Counted from the stretch's first letter, positions 24,346 to 38,330 are shown. The stretch: 64,000 bases of DNA from Octopus sinensis (GCF_006345805.1 NC_043000.1:110670001-110734000), one strand, 5' to 3'. Made by a program: numbers and translations. Notes: a model not told the origin generated them from the sequence alone.

Positions 24346-24816
24346 ATCTTCCACCGGTGTTTGTAATCGATGGTGACATGTGCGATGATTTTGCGATTAT
24401 CTTATATTTTACAGAGAATTGGAAACCCCGAATGTAAGTCAGCACTTTATGCATAATTCAATATTTATAGTTCTTTATTTCTAACAGAAATTCTGTCCTC
24501 AATAATTATAAATCTATTTCTAAATGTAATTCTTTTCCTTCTCGTTCATGCATTCTTGTCTGTCTCTTGACAAAGCTTTCTTTCTCCAGCGTTCACCACT
24601 TCCCCTCGTTAGGGTTAAACAGCCCTTACCGAATGTTTTCACTGTCCTGTTCTTGTTAGCAGCTTTGACTTTCCACGTATCGCAAATTTTATTTAATTTG
24701 CTTTGGGGGAGCAATTACTTTGACGAAAACGCAACTTGTTGCAATGCGGAGTAGGTAAAACTGCCACCAACTGAGGGAGGGCTGTTTTTTTATGCTGCCT
24801 TCGCGCTTTAGTTCTC

Positions 24817-25174
24817 TCTATATATAATTAAAATTCTTTCTTTCCTCTCCTTCAGAAGCCAAGCCAAGCCAAGCCAAGCCAAGCCATTTGTAATACTGAC
24901 ACCAATGCCATAGCGTCGACTGTGGGCCGGTGGCTGTGTACAGTCGCCCCAATGGCACCCAGAGCGAGCTCTAGTCGCCATAGCGTCGACTGTGGGCCGG
25001 TGGCTGTGTACAGTCGCCCCAATGGCGTCCAGACCGAGTCCATGACACTCCTTCGACCCTAAGTAAGGCGTGTGTAAAATTTGAACGAAATTGGTTGTGT
25101 AGTTCTCAAGTTTTAGGGAAACACACAGACAGACAGACACACATTCTGACCCGTCGTTGCCGGGTCATAGTGCT
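24817..25174 (+). mobile_element. Non-autonomous Helitron-like element
   Basis: TCTATATATA start; acccgtcgttgccgggt hairpin followed by CTAG|T. Contains (AGCCA)n and a 50-bp direct repeat with a 70-bp period. Confidence 0.55.
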
Positions 25175-25949
25175 AGTGCATGTATATATGTGTATATATG
25201 TGTGTACATATTACATGTACATCTATATATATATATCTACACATAAAATACAAAATACAAAGTTATATCTTGATATCGCTAGTGATAACAATACTCAAAA
25301 TATATAACAGACTGGAATTGTAAGCCCGTCCCTTGCAATTTCGATCAATTGTATCTTGTATAGAAGTGTGGCTACAATCCAGCCTACCTCAACATCTGGG
25401 TGGGGGGACATTTTTTATTTTTATCCGGCACGTCCTACGTCCCAGATATAAAGGTAAAAATAAAATATTTCTTCTTTGCAAGTTCGAGTCGAGTACTCCC
25501 TTGCACGCTCCGTTGACTCGAACCTTGCTTCTATTGTGGCGAATTTACCGCCTCTGGTTAGATGTCTTTCATAGTCGCACCAATACACTTTTCGATGGTG
25601 CTTTCCTCCAGGTGTTCAAATCTTCTTTTTCTCTGCATTGTATACTTTATAAACAATAGTCTTTTCTTTAATTTAATTTTTTATTATCCATCTGGACTAT
25701 TCCATTTCTGCACGTTAATTTTATTTTTAATTTATTCCCATTCATGTGAAACCACTTATTCAAGTTCAAGTCATTGATGCAATTTTATACCAATTGCTAT
25801 TTTTACTTTTGTTATGTTACAATTATATTATACTTTAGTTTGATTTTAATTATTACTTACTACATATAATTCAATTGTTATTATTATTTTTATTGTTAAA
25901 GTGAAAGCATCTGACATAAAATAGAGAAAAGTTTTTGTTTCACTTTTAA

Positions 25950-26308
25950 CACGTAATACTGAAATAGTGGAGAAGATATGATATTGCTATGGGCTCGCTC
26001 TAGGCAAGAAGTTGGACATTTCTTTTTTGCCCATGAAACTACATGGACCCTAAGTAAGGCATGTGTAAAATTTGAATGAAATTGGTTGTGTAGTTCTCAA
26101 GTTTTAGGGAATCGTAGTGGAGAAGATATGATATTGCTGTGGGCTCGCCCTAGGCAAAAAGTTAAAGATTATTTTTGCCGATGACACTCCCCGGACCCTA
26201 AGTAAGGCATGTGTAAAATTTGAATGAAATTGGTTGTGCAGTTCTCAAGTTTTAGGGAAACACACAGACAGATAGACAGACACACATTCTCAGTTTTATA
26301 TATATAGA
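25950..26308 (-). mobile_element. Helitron-like 5' fragment with a ~148-bp internal tandem duplication
   Basis: Minus strand begins tctatatatataaaactg, as at 39946. The unit gaccctaagtaaggcatgtgtaaaatttg occurs twice, with a third copy at about 25055. Confidence 0.6.
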
Positions 26309-26780
26309 GAGATATATATATACATCTGTATGTCTGTGTGTATTACAGTTTAGAGCTTCAAGCTGCAAAGGTGAAAAGCTGATTGTCAGTTTTATGACCG
26401 TAGCAAGATAGACGTTAATATATCTGCTGTTCTACATCATTGATTTATCAGACCTCTGTCGTGTGTACAGTGTTGTACATACGTTTTACTCTACAGACTT
26501 ATCGAGTTTTCTATTTTCTCTCTTATCCTATTTATATACACACGTACATACCTCCATCCATCCATCCATCCATACATACATGCATGCATATACTCATCCA
26601 TCCATCCATTCACCCATACATACATACATACATACATACATACATGTGCGTGTAGAATAGATAGGTAGAAATGTAGTGGTAGATATACACATGCATACAT
26701 ACATATATACATACATGTCTGTGTATCTGTAAATATGTACGTTTATCTCTCTCTCTCTCCAAATACACGTGTGTATTTAT

Positions 26781-26846
<66 letters not shown>

Positions 26847-26857
26847 TTATATATATA

Positions 26858-26889
<32 letters not shown>

Positions 26890-27011
26890 CACAAACGTAC
26901 ACACAAACACTCACACACACAAGTACACAAACACACACACACAAGCACACAAACACACACACTAGCACACACATACACACACAGAAATCTATCTAACTAT
27001 CTATCTATCTA

Positions 27012-27070
<59 letters not shown>

Positions 27071-27419
27071 ACATGTGTGTGTTCGCGTGTGTGCATGTAT
27101 GTATATTGTACCGATTCCATTATTCATTGCCAATCACTTCCCATCCAATATTGATAAATAATGAAACGATGGTAATGTTTAATTTTCTACTGATATTATT
27201 GCTGTTCCGTACAAACTTCCTCCGGACTGTCTGTCCAAGTCAGAAGATCTTATGGCTGTTTCGGTCTTTATGAATTTCTAATTAATTATTTTTGCAGAGA
27301 TTCTTAGCTTTTCAATCACACTCGAGTTTCCATTTTTCTTCCGGGTTTAATAATTATAACTTTGGTGAGTGGTGCCGAGATTCTATACCGTTTTACATCA
27401 GCAATTACTATCTTGGAGA

Positions 27420-27798
27420 GAGGGAGGAAGGAGAGAGAGAGAGAGAAAGGAAGGAGAGAGAGAGAAGGCTAGAATGATTGAGAGAGAAAAGATTGGCTGA
27501 GATTGAGAGAGAAAGACAAAGAGACTGAAAAAGAGAAAGACGGGAAGAAAGCTAGAACGATTGAGAAAGAAAGCGAGAGACCGAGAAATATAGAGAGACT
27601 GAGATAGTTGAGAGAGGGAGAGGGGGAGAGAGAGAGGGAGAGAGGGAGAGAAAGAAAGCGAGAGACCGAGAAGTGTGGAGAGACTGAGATAGTTGAGAGA
27701 GGGAGAGGGAGAGAGAGAGAGAGGGAGAGAGAGAGGGAGAGAGGGAGAGAGGGAGAGAAAGAAAGCGAGAGACCGAGAAGTGTGGAGAGACTGAGATA

Positions 27799-27843
<45 letters not shown>

Positions 27844-28010
27844 AAGAAAGCGAGAGATCGAGAAATATAGACTGAGGTAGTTGAGAGAGGGAGAGAGAAA
27901 AAGAGAGAGGGAGAGCGAGAAAGAAAGCGAGAGACCGAGAGGTGTAGAGAGACTGAGATAGTTGGGAGAGAGAAAGGGAGTGAGGGAGAGAGAGGGGGGG
28001 GAGAAAGGGT
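27420..28010. repeat. GA-rich minisatellite (unit gaaagcgagagaccgagaa..agactgagatagttgagagag with variable (GA)n)
   Basis: About five recognisable units. Confidence 0.85.
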
Positions 28011-28557
28011 TAAGCCTTGAGCTTTAAAGAACGTAACACGTCTTCATATATTTCTATTGTAGTTTTTGGTTTATAATTTTAATTAAATCCTTTTCTAGAA
28101 ATCATAAAATTTCGGCACTGCTCCGTTAGTTTATAACATTCTCAGGCAATATATGTATTTAATTAAAACTAAAATAAGCCAAGGAGAAATGATTAAACCA
28201 TGGAAATGACGTTAATTTTGATAAGTAATTTAAGGCACGATAATGGACTGAACGACGTTGGCCAAAAGTTCTCATTTCAATGAAGTTCTCCTAGCGGTCA
28301 TTGTGAGCGACTATCAATGAAAGAAGGGAGACAATTACAAAAAATCAATAAAGCGTTTCATAAAATTAATTTACGTAGAGGAAAATCTAATCTTTGGTTA
28401 CAAGTATCAGGATAAATATAGACATGTTTCGCTCAGGTGGGGCCTCATTAGCCTAATATAACTATATATAATTTAATAATTTCACAGATTATAATTATAG
28501 AGAAAAACATTAGATAAAAACGAATATTCGAATAATGATAATAAGCGTAATAAAATG

Positions 28558-28679
<122 letters not shown>

Positions 28680-29329
28680 AATGTTCCTGAGTGTCAAATA
28701 GGCCTGCTTGTTGTTCCCTCCCCAGTCTTTTGTTTTCTGTAAATTTGAACTATGTGTTTGTGTGTGTGTTTGTATGTGTGTGCGTGTGTGTGTATATATA
28801 TGTATATATATAAAGTCAATCCAAACAAGAAAGCACAAAAAAACATAACAACGCGAGGACGTGGAACAAATATAGTATTATTGGATGCTAAGGAAAGAAG
28901 GAGGGTTTAACAAGAACATATATGCATGTATACGAAATATGCATGTATACGATATATGCATGTATTTATGTATTACGTACACACAAACATACATACATGC
29001 AACCCCACCCACACACGACTGAAATGGACATAAATTTCCATTAATCTGTTCCCTTTTCCCCCAAAAGTGATTTCAACCGAACTAAATACCAAATAAAACC
29101 AGATTAGCAGCTTTAATCAAATAAGTTTCAGTCTTAATATCCGGAAACCATTCTTATTTAATAAAAGATGGATTTCTTTCCACAGAAATTACAACCAAAA
29201 CTTTGTTTCTTTCCATTTCAGTTAATTTAGATGGAAAATCAAATCCTTGAAATAATGGTCACAAGAAAGCTGTGTAAATCTGATTCTACTCCGACGCCTT
29301 GTAACCTCCTTCTTCTCTCTTAGCGTCTT

Positions 29330-29442
<113 letters not shown>

Positions 29443-29622
29443 AGTCTCTCCCTTTCATCTTTTCTCTAACTCACTTCCTTACTTAAATACTTCCTCTTAC
29501 TTTTTGATTTTTATATTTTCTCTCTCTCACTCATTCTCTCTTTCTGTCTCCTGTCAACCGTCCAACCCATGCATGCATGGAAAATGGACGTTAAATGATG
29601 ATGATATATATATATATAATAT

Positions 29623-29673
<51 letters not shown>

Positions 29674-29965
29674 TGATAGACACACACACATATGTATTTC
29701 TGTCTATGTATGGTAGTGTGCGTTTGTGCGAGTCTGTATGTGTGTGTGTGTGTTTTTGTATGCACATATTCACAGAGAGACACTATAGCAGGGTGGGCAG
29801 ACTTAATACATATGTCTACATCTATGAGACTTGGTAATGGGGGCGCCTGATTAGCATCTCATGGAGATTCAACATCGAATAAATCATTTTCTTCTACTCA
29901 ACCGGACACGATTCAATACTGTCCGGTTTTGATCGTTTACAATTGATATCAGCGTAAAACACTCA

Positions 29966-30035
<70 letters not shown>

Positions 30036-30039
30036 TATA

Positions 30040-30602
30040 TGAATGTTTGTCATTATTCAGTTTTATTCCAAGATTTCTTACCAATAGAGAAAGAGCCGGT
30101 TTCTAACCTAGATCCAAGGTTTCTTCATTGGAATTTCAACATCAAAAGGGTATTTTTGTATGTATGTATGTATGAATGTATGTATGTATGAATGTATGAA
30201 GTATGTATGTATGTATGTATGTATGTATGTATGTATGTATGTATGTATGTATGTATGTATGTTGTATGTATGTATGTATGTATGTATGTATGTATGTATG
30301 TATGTATGTATGTATGTATGTATGTATGTATGTGTGTATGTGAAGATTTGTTTGTCTTATGTATGTAGTCTCATGCATATACCTACATATCTAGACATGT
30401 TCATATATATTTAAACGATAAACTTCTGGAAAGATTTACAGATTTTTACAGTTCCGGTGATGGATTGGATCTGTAGCCTTCGAATTAGCTTTCTCCTTTC
30501 TGGTTTTGAGAAGCCTAGTTTCTCAAGACTGGTATTTAGGCAGTGAGCTATATATCCCAGGGCCCCACTAATTACAGGTATAAACCTGAACTTGTAGTCT
30601 GG

Positions 30603-30603
<1 letters not shown>
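30040..30603 (-). mobile_element. RLE-type (R4-like) non-LTR 3' end associated with (CATA)n
   Basis: PDYKFRFIPVISGALG...LQIQSITGTVKICKSF*; same family as 35505-35722. Confidence 0.7.
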
Positions 30604-30633
<30 letters not shown>

Positions 30634-31330
30634 TGTATGTATGTATGTATGTATGTATGAATGCATGCATACATGTAGGTAGGTAGGTAGGTAGGTAGGT
30701 AGGTAGGTAGGCAGGTAGCGAAGTAGGTAGCGCGGTAGGTATATATGTGTACGCATTGTTAATGTATGTGTGTGTGTACGCGTGTATGTATACATAAATA
30801 TAAGATGCGATGAGATAAAATGAAATGATAAAGAAGCTGATGGCCATTTTGTTGCTACATGAATCAGCGTCAAATGTTTCTCATTAATACGATCAGAACG
30901 CAATCAATGGTGGGTGATTGTGTCTTTCTGGATGGATGACATGAAGAAGGAGGAGGAGGAGAGGAGGAGGAGGAGAAGAAGAAGAAGAAGAAGAAGAAGA
31001 AAAGAAGAAGAAGAGAAGAAGAAGAAGAAGAAGAAGAAGAAGAAGAAGAAGAAGAAGAAGAAGAAGAAGAAGAAGAAGAAGAAAGATGTGTCCCGAAAAA
31101 ACAACATGGTGGCGACAGCGACGGCGGTTGTGGTAGTAAGAGCGTCATTTCAGCTTTCGAAGAACAGTGTCACGTGACGTGCATATCGGTGGGGACGTGA
31201 AGGAGCTTTGATGTCTTTCAACTAACGAGAAACGATAACAATACGACAAGGGAGGAATCTTTGAATGGTGATATGACAATAGCAGGAAGAAATCAATAGA
31301 AGCGTACTGACAGAGGTGTAGAGGATTGTG

Positions 31331-31365
<35 letters not shown>

Positions 31366-32149
31366 TGTTAGAGGCACTGGAACTCTGGTTATATAATAGA
31401 GAATTATATAGACTGTACCAGTATAGATGTGTATATAAACTGTAGAACTGTGAGGGGTAGTTTCAGTAAGGCTTTATAGCGTAGATGGATATAAAGTGTG
31501 CAATTATAGAGGACATGTATATTGAGAACTGTTAGATGCGGAGGAGGAATTCTAACTGCGTTTCTTGGTTCGCTGCCTCAACAACTCTTTTGTAGGATCC
31601 AGTGGCTAAAAACATCATCAGGAGGAACCACGTCCGGTTTCGGCCCCTCTACCGTTTTCGACGTGGCTGCTACCTCCCCCCTTTCGGAGATGTCTTCATC
31701 TCTGGTGTTGAGTGTGTTTCTTCTTTCTCCTTTTTCTTCTGTTCTTTGGTTTCTTTGATGCAGTGTCAACGAGTGTCAGCTGACAACTGACCATTCTGCC
31801 AAATTTCCCTTTATATACTCACCGGTAGGCTCAAGGAGCCAGCACCAGGTAACTACCACGTGACACTGTCTAAGCTTCAACTGACCAATGGAGGGAAAGG
31901 GCGTGTAGTTTTGGCCCGCGCCCTCTCTAAATCTGCCTTCAAAGAGCGTCGTGTTAGTTTCAGTTTCAGCAGCCAGAGCCGACCAGCTGTTTGGTAGAAC
32001 AAGCCTTCGAACCACGAGGAGAGCCCGCTATGAACGAGATCGCTCCCTTGGCCCACCTGTTAATCAACAATGCTACTTAAGTGCCACCCAGCCTCACCTA
32101 GCTATTTCCCAGTAGGCATATCGTGGCTTTCAAGCCCTTTTAGGTCTTC

Positions 32150-32490
32150 TCGCTTCAGCCATATATAGAAGCCGGCTTTTCGACTGCCTCCTGTGTCGTC
32201 TTTATGACTTTTCTCAGCTCTGAGCACGAAAATGAAAACCTTTTAAATAACGTCGTCATTTTCCTTTCAATGAAGCCCCCAGCCCCCGCTGCTAAGTGGT
32301 AATACTCGACAGTCCATCCCTGTTTTCTGCACTCTTCGATTAATTTTTCGTACCTTTTCTCCTTCCATTGCTATGCATTAGCGATGTCCTCTTCCCATGG
32401 CATTGTCAGCCCTAGTAAAATTCCAGTTCTCCGTTCTGTGTTCCATAGGATTCTGTCCGGTCTTTTTGTTGTTTTTATGAGTGGAACAGT
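32150..32490 (-). mobile_element. Hero/NeSL-like non-LTR retrotransposon, restriction-like endonuclease fragment
   Basis: TTKRPDRILWN...LLGLTMPWEE...KRYEKLIEECRKQGW...GAGGF matches the RPD..(E)LT.PWE..K..KY pattern; contains a stop. Confidence 0.8.
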
Positions 32491-32953
32491 CTTTCAAAAT
32501 CTGCTTTGAGAATATAATATAGATGGATCTTGAATGTACAGTTATATAATACAGGTGTATTGTCGAAGATACATCTCGCTTTTATCCTTCGAAACGTAGA
32601 GTAGATGAAAGCTTTAGCGACTGAAGAAGGGGTTTTTCCTTGTGTTAATTGTCCTGTATTCTATTTTTTTTTGCTGTTTTTAATAAATGTCCAGTTCCTT
32701 TGGTTTGTGTCTATGTTTTCGTTTTCCATTGTGTTCGACGTCCTTTTTGGTGTCCTGTACTCATATATGCGTGTATATGTACATGTAGAGGTAGGTACGT
32801 ATATATATGTTTATATATATGCATATGTTTTATTTTATTTATTAATATATTATATATATATATATATATTATATATATATATATATATATATCAAATAAA
32901 ATCAAAAACAGGGTATATATCAAATAAAATCATGACCGACAGTTTTGTTGTTG

Positions 32954-32985
<32 letters not shown>

Positions 32986-33502
32986 GATGTTTGTGGCAGA
33001 GTTGTCCGTAGTAGTGGTTGAATGTGAAGCTGTCGTCTGGGTTCTTCCAATTATTCGTGTGTCGGTGGCGGAGTTGGCGTCCGTGCTCACACCTGCACCT
33101 GTGTTGCTTCTCCCCCTCCTTCCCTCCTTCATGAAGCTGTGGGGAAGGCAGGGTAGGGAAATTAACGTCGTAAGCGTTGTCAAGGAGACCTGCGTTCCTT
33201 TCAGCCGACGACTTCATGGCTTTCACCTCTGCCACTATTCGGCGTATACAGGTGCCTAGACTTATCAAGTATTCACCCTAAATTTACAGTACCTACTTGA
33301 TATATATATAATAATAATATTAGGGAGTATATCCAAACTTACAGGGAAAAATTAAACTTAGGATTAAATCAAATTTCACAGCATAAATATAAATTAAATT
33401 CGAGATAAAACCACTATTAGGCAACTCAAACAGTGATAGACATAAACCAAAACGTAAAATCAAGAAATAAATATAATATATAATATATATATATATAATA
33501 AT

Positions 33503-33545
<43 letters not shown>

Positions 33546-34191
33546 AAATTTAAAATTAAAAAAAAAATTTTTATGTTGTGCAAATTCTTTGCCCGGGAAA
33601 CCTGCTCTATGTGGCGTGTTTCCCGATTTTGTAAATTTATTTTCGGGCTTTCCAAGCCATTTCTGTTTCCGACGATGGCGACTTCAACCATGAAGTCGTT
33701 GTTGCAAAGAACGCTGGCCTCCTTGACAACGCTAAAGACGTTGATTTCCCTACCCTGCCTTCCCCACAGCTTCATGAAGGAGGGAAGGAGGGGAGGGAAA
33801 CACAGGTTCAGGTGTGAGCACGGACGCCAACTCTGCCACCGACACACGAATAATTGGAAGAACCCAGACGACAGCTTCACAGTCAACGACTACTACTACT
33901 ACGGACAACTCTGCCACGACGACGGCAACGACGCCGATCACCACCACCACCACCACCAGAGGAAAAAAATCTATTATGAGATTAATTCCGAAATTGATTC
34001 AATATAGAAATAACGAACTTTTTAAAAAATTCTGTTGGCCAGCTTTCCCCGATTTCAGCTCTACGTGTTTTCTGTAGCGAGTAAATAGTATGTGGAAATT
34101 GACGATTGAAAAGTCTGTTATCAGCATATTGGCATAGAAATAATTTTCTTTAGCCCTTGTTTATAAGTTGTTTATACACACACACACACAC

Positions 34192-34245
<54 letters not shown>

Positions 34246-34520
34246 GATCCATCAGGCTATCGGATGTTCATATACATCGCTGGTCACAACGCGTTTTGCA
34301 TCGTTTTAGCTCCTAAATGATGCAACCTTGCTGTATAGACGGGTAGGTCATCATTCCCCCTGATCGGAAATCTGGTCCGTTGCAGGGCGACCCATTTACA
34401 GTTTAGTGGAATGGAGCAACGGGAAAAAAATTAAGCGCTTTGCTCTCGAATATAACACAGCTATCGTGAGTCCAACACCCTAACGACTAGGCCACACGTC
34501 TTCACACACACACGCGCGCA

Positions 34521-34562
<42 letters not shown>

Positions 34563-34662
34563 GTATATATAGGGGGAGAGTTCACGAAAAAAAAAAGACG
34601 AAGACAGGTGGTGTACGAAACAAACAGATGTATTAGTATAACGCTCAGGAAATTGAAAAAGT

Positions 34663-34698
34663 CTTTTACGTTTCGAGCCTACGCTCTTCCACAGAAAG
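34663..34698 (-). ncRNA. Atypical minimal hammerhead (CUGUGGA core, loopless stem III)
   Basis: Minus strand: cttt CTGTGGA a gagc gtag gctc GAAAC GTA aaag, with perfect stems I and II. Confidence 0.7.
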
Positions 34699-35437
34699 TG
34701 ACACAGAAAGACAAGGAGAGAAACAAGGAGAGAAAAAAATGTGTGTAGTGGCTACCGATCTATCATGGCGACTGTATATATATATATATATGTGTGTGTG
34801 TTGTGTGTGTGTGTATGCGCGCGCGTGTATGTGTGTGTGTGCGTGCGTGAGTACATGTGCGCGTGTCTTTATTTATATACATAAGAGAGTACTGTATTGA
34901 ATGTCGTCGTCCGGGCATTGTTCATATTTGATAAACAGGCCGGAAGTGATGACCTCCCAAAATCTGAATTGGTGTCACTCTATTTGTTATGCTATGTCGG
35001 CCACGTTTAGAACTGGGCCACGGAGTTATAGGCAGAGGGTGATAGAATGGCAAAATACTGACTGCTCTTTCTTTCAACATATACTAATAAATAAAGACTA
35101 CGAGACATCCTCCCTTGTGAAAAAAGTAGGGCATAAACCCAGATGGATTACTTTATAGCTGTACTTAGGATTTCAATACAGAGACGTTAGAGAAACGATA
35201 CTGTTGCATCTGTGAACTATTTGCCAAATGAGGAATATCTGTGTGTGTGTGTGTGTGTGTGTATTATTTTATGCTTTTCAGCCCCAAGGCGGTGGACATG
35301 CTGGGGCACCATCAATATTATCACCTTTTCATTGCCCATTCTTTTGCGGTTGGCTTTTTGGTGAAAGAAGGAATTTAATATTTCTGCTCATTTTTGAGTT
35401 TCTTGCCGCGATGTATGTACGTATGTACACACACACA

Positions 35438-35468
<31 letters not shown>

Positions 35469-35504
35469 CACCACACACACATGCACGCACGCACACACAC
35501 ATAT

Positions 35505-35722
35505 ATACATAAATGAAATGACAACGGACCTGATATAATGATTTAGGATGAGGAAAAGAAACTGTGCACAGTTGCGGAAATTAGCTGCTCAGCGGATGTT
35601 AACATAAAGCTGAAGATCAGAGAAAAAGAGAACACCTATGCTGAACTCTTGAGAAATCTGCACTTACTCTAGCCAGATTACAAGTTCACGTTTATACCTG
35701 CAATTATTGGGGCCCTGGGACA
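35505..35722 (+). mobile_element. RLE endonuclease fragment (same family as 30040-30603)
   Basis: NGPDIMI*DEEKKLCTVAEISC.AD.NI..K..EK...Y..L...PDYKFTFIPAIIGALG. Confidence 0.75.
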
Positions 35723-36546
35723 TGGAATCAAAAGAGATTTCTCAACCCAATATTTACATGTCATCATTTGTGGCTTTATGTGCCTCGAGATCCAATCTTC
35801 CGCAATAGAATCATTTCATGTTCTCTCGAAAGTTTATATATTCTTATGAGGTCAACAAAATATAATTCTCGCCGGTAAGAATAAGGATTTTAAATGGACT
35901 GAGAAATTCGTAAGATTCCTTTGGTCCAGTGGTAGAACGCCTGGCAGAACGCCTGGTATAACGATAGATGTGGCTTCGAGTTCCACAGGCAGCATTCCGA
36001 ATATAAACTCAAAACGTAATGACGGACGAAATGTCGCTAAGCTATTCTGCCAGCTCACCGCCTGTAATGATAATAATAATAATAATCTTTTTCTACTAAA
36101 GACACAAGGCCTGAAATTTTGGGGGAGGGAACCGGTCGATTGCATCGACCCCAGTGTTTCGCTGGTACTTAAATGATCAACTCCCAAAAGGATGAAAGGC
36201 GATGTCGACCTTTGCGGATTTTGAACTCAGAATGTAATGACAGACGAAATACCTATTTCTTTACTACCCACAAGGGGCTAAACACAGAGAGGGCAAACAA
36301 GGACAGACAAACGGATTAAGTCGATTACATCGACTCCAGTGCGTAACTGGTACTTAATTTATCGACCCCGAAAGGATGAAAGGCAAAGTCGACCTCGGCG
36401 GAATTTGAACTCACAACGTAACGGCAGATGAAATACCGCTACGCATTTCGCCCGGCGTGCTAACGAATCTGTCAGCTCACCCACTTCATAATAACAATAA
36501 TAAAAGTGGTAATAATTCTTTCTACTGCTGTTAGCTGCTGCTGCTT

Positions 36547-36619
<73 letters not shown>

Positions 36620-37615
36620 AAATAAAATAATTACTTGAGTGGTGTACTTGCCTGGCAAGTGACCTGATCTGAGACAGTGCATTGAAACTAAAACAATTAC
36701 AGCGAAGAAGACACTTATTAACCAACTAAACACACAGACACTATTAACTTCACTTCAGAATTTATTATTTGACATCGAACTTTTCGTCACACCAACTGCA
36801 ACCTGGTCACGCCCGGTTCCCCCGCAACTCAGATTCCACTGTTTTATTATTTGTCTTACAATTAGCTGACGCAAGGCATCGTCAGTTTTTATGGTTGCTC
36901 CTGTTTGACAACACTTCCACTCGACAGGCGAAATGTCCTTTTAATACACCATATGTATGACATTATGCAATTTCAGCTATTCCTCCCCCCACATCCCAAA
37001 CACACACCTCTTTTAACCTAAAATACACTTTATAACAATTGACAATTTTTATGACACGGCATTTCACTTAGTATAATTTTCTATTTCTTTTCTTTAGTGT
37101 TTGTTACTTTCTCCAGAAGTTTCGGCAGCTTTGATAAATGAAACCTCCACTTAATTCCCAGCCTCTTAGTATCTACACAGTTTCTAAATATGAACATCAG
37201 TTGACTGTAGAATGTAAAGCGCGATAAGTGTGTGGGCGTCCATTGCTGTAATATACTCTGCTAATTATTTGCTGATCGTGTGGACTCTTCCACGTGATGC
37301 AACTATGATCCTATTTCTTTACTACCCACAAGGGGCTAAACACAGAGGGGGCAAACAAGGACAGACAAACGGATTTAGCCGATTACATCGACCCCAGTGC
37401 GTAACTGGTACTTATTTAATCGACCCCGAAAGGATGAAAGGCAAAGTCGACCTCGGCGGAATTTGAACTCACAACGTAACGGCAGATGAAATACCGCTAC
37501 GCATTTCGCCAGGCGTGCTAACGAATCTGTCAGCTCACCCACTTCATAATAACAATAATAAGAGTGGTAATAATTCTTTCTACTGCTGTTAGCTGCTGCT
37601 GCTTCTACTACAACA

Positions 37616-37662
<47 letters not shown>

Positions 37663-38287
37663 AAATAAAATAATTACTTGTGGCTTTATGTGCCTCGAGA
37701 TCCAATCTTCCGCAATAGAATCATTTCATGTTCTCTCGAAGGTTTATATATTCTTATGAAGTCAACAAGATATAATTCTCGTCGGTAAGAATAAGGATTT
37801 TGCCCGGCTAAGCATTTTGCCCGGCGTGCTGACGTTTCTGCCAGCTCGCCGCCTTTGATGCAACTATGATCCTGGTGACGGATGGAACTTCTGACGAGTA
37901 AATCTCATTAAGAAAATAGTAGCAGCACTGATAGACTTGACGTTGGCTGGATATAGTGATATAGTGATATTTATATATAGTGATGGAGCATAGCTTAGTG
38001 TGTTGCATTCACGATTACGAGATTGTGGGTTCGATTCCCAGACCGGGTGTTACGTTCTGTTTTTGAGCAAAGCACTTTCTTTCTCGTTGCTCTGCGATCA
38101 TTTCGACATCTGACATGTGGCACCTGTCGCACCTGTGCAGGTAATGTCGATTTGATTGGAGGGAGTGAGTTTATGTCTACACAAACATTTGACCCCTAGA
38201 GACAAATCGTCAGTGTGGTTGTTCGGTAGGAAATTGCTGATCCCTCATACGTCGTCTAGCAGAGGGAGGGGGCCATCACACACATAT

Positions 38288-38330
<43 letters not shown>

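Noticed and set aside
24907-25026. CRISPR-like repeat-spacer pattern
   Set aside because: Only two 50-bp copies, inside a eukaryotic transposon; no array or cas genes.
28415-28455. Hammerhead-like CTAATGA...GAAACATGTC on the minus strand
   Set aside because: G5 mutated and stems I and II broken; probably a decayed copy, not supportable as a feature.
31940-32070. Possible HDV-like ribozyme (tcctcgtgg loop, ctaac) after the Hero-like element on the minus strand
   Set aside because: Could not find consistent P1 and P2 pairings by eye.
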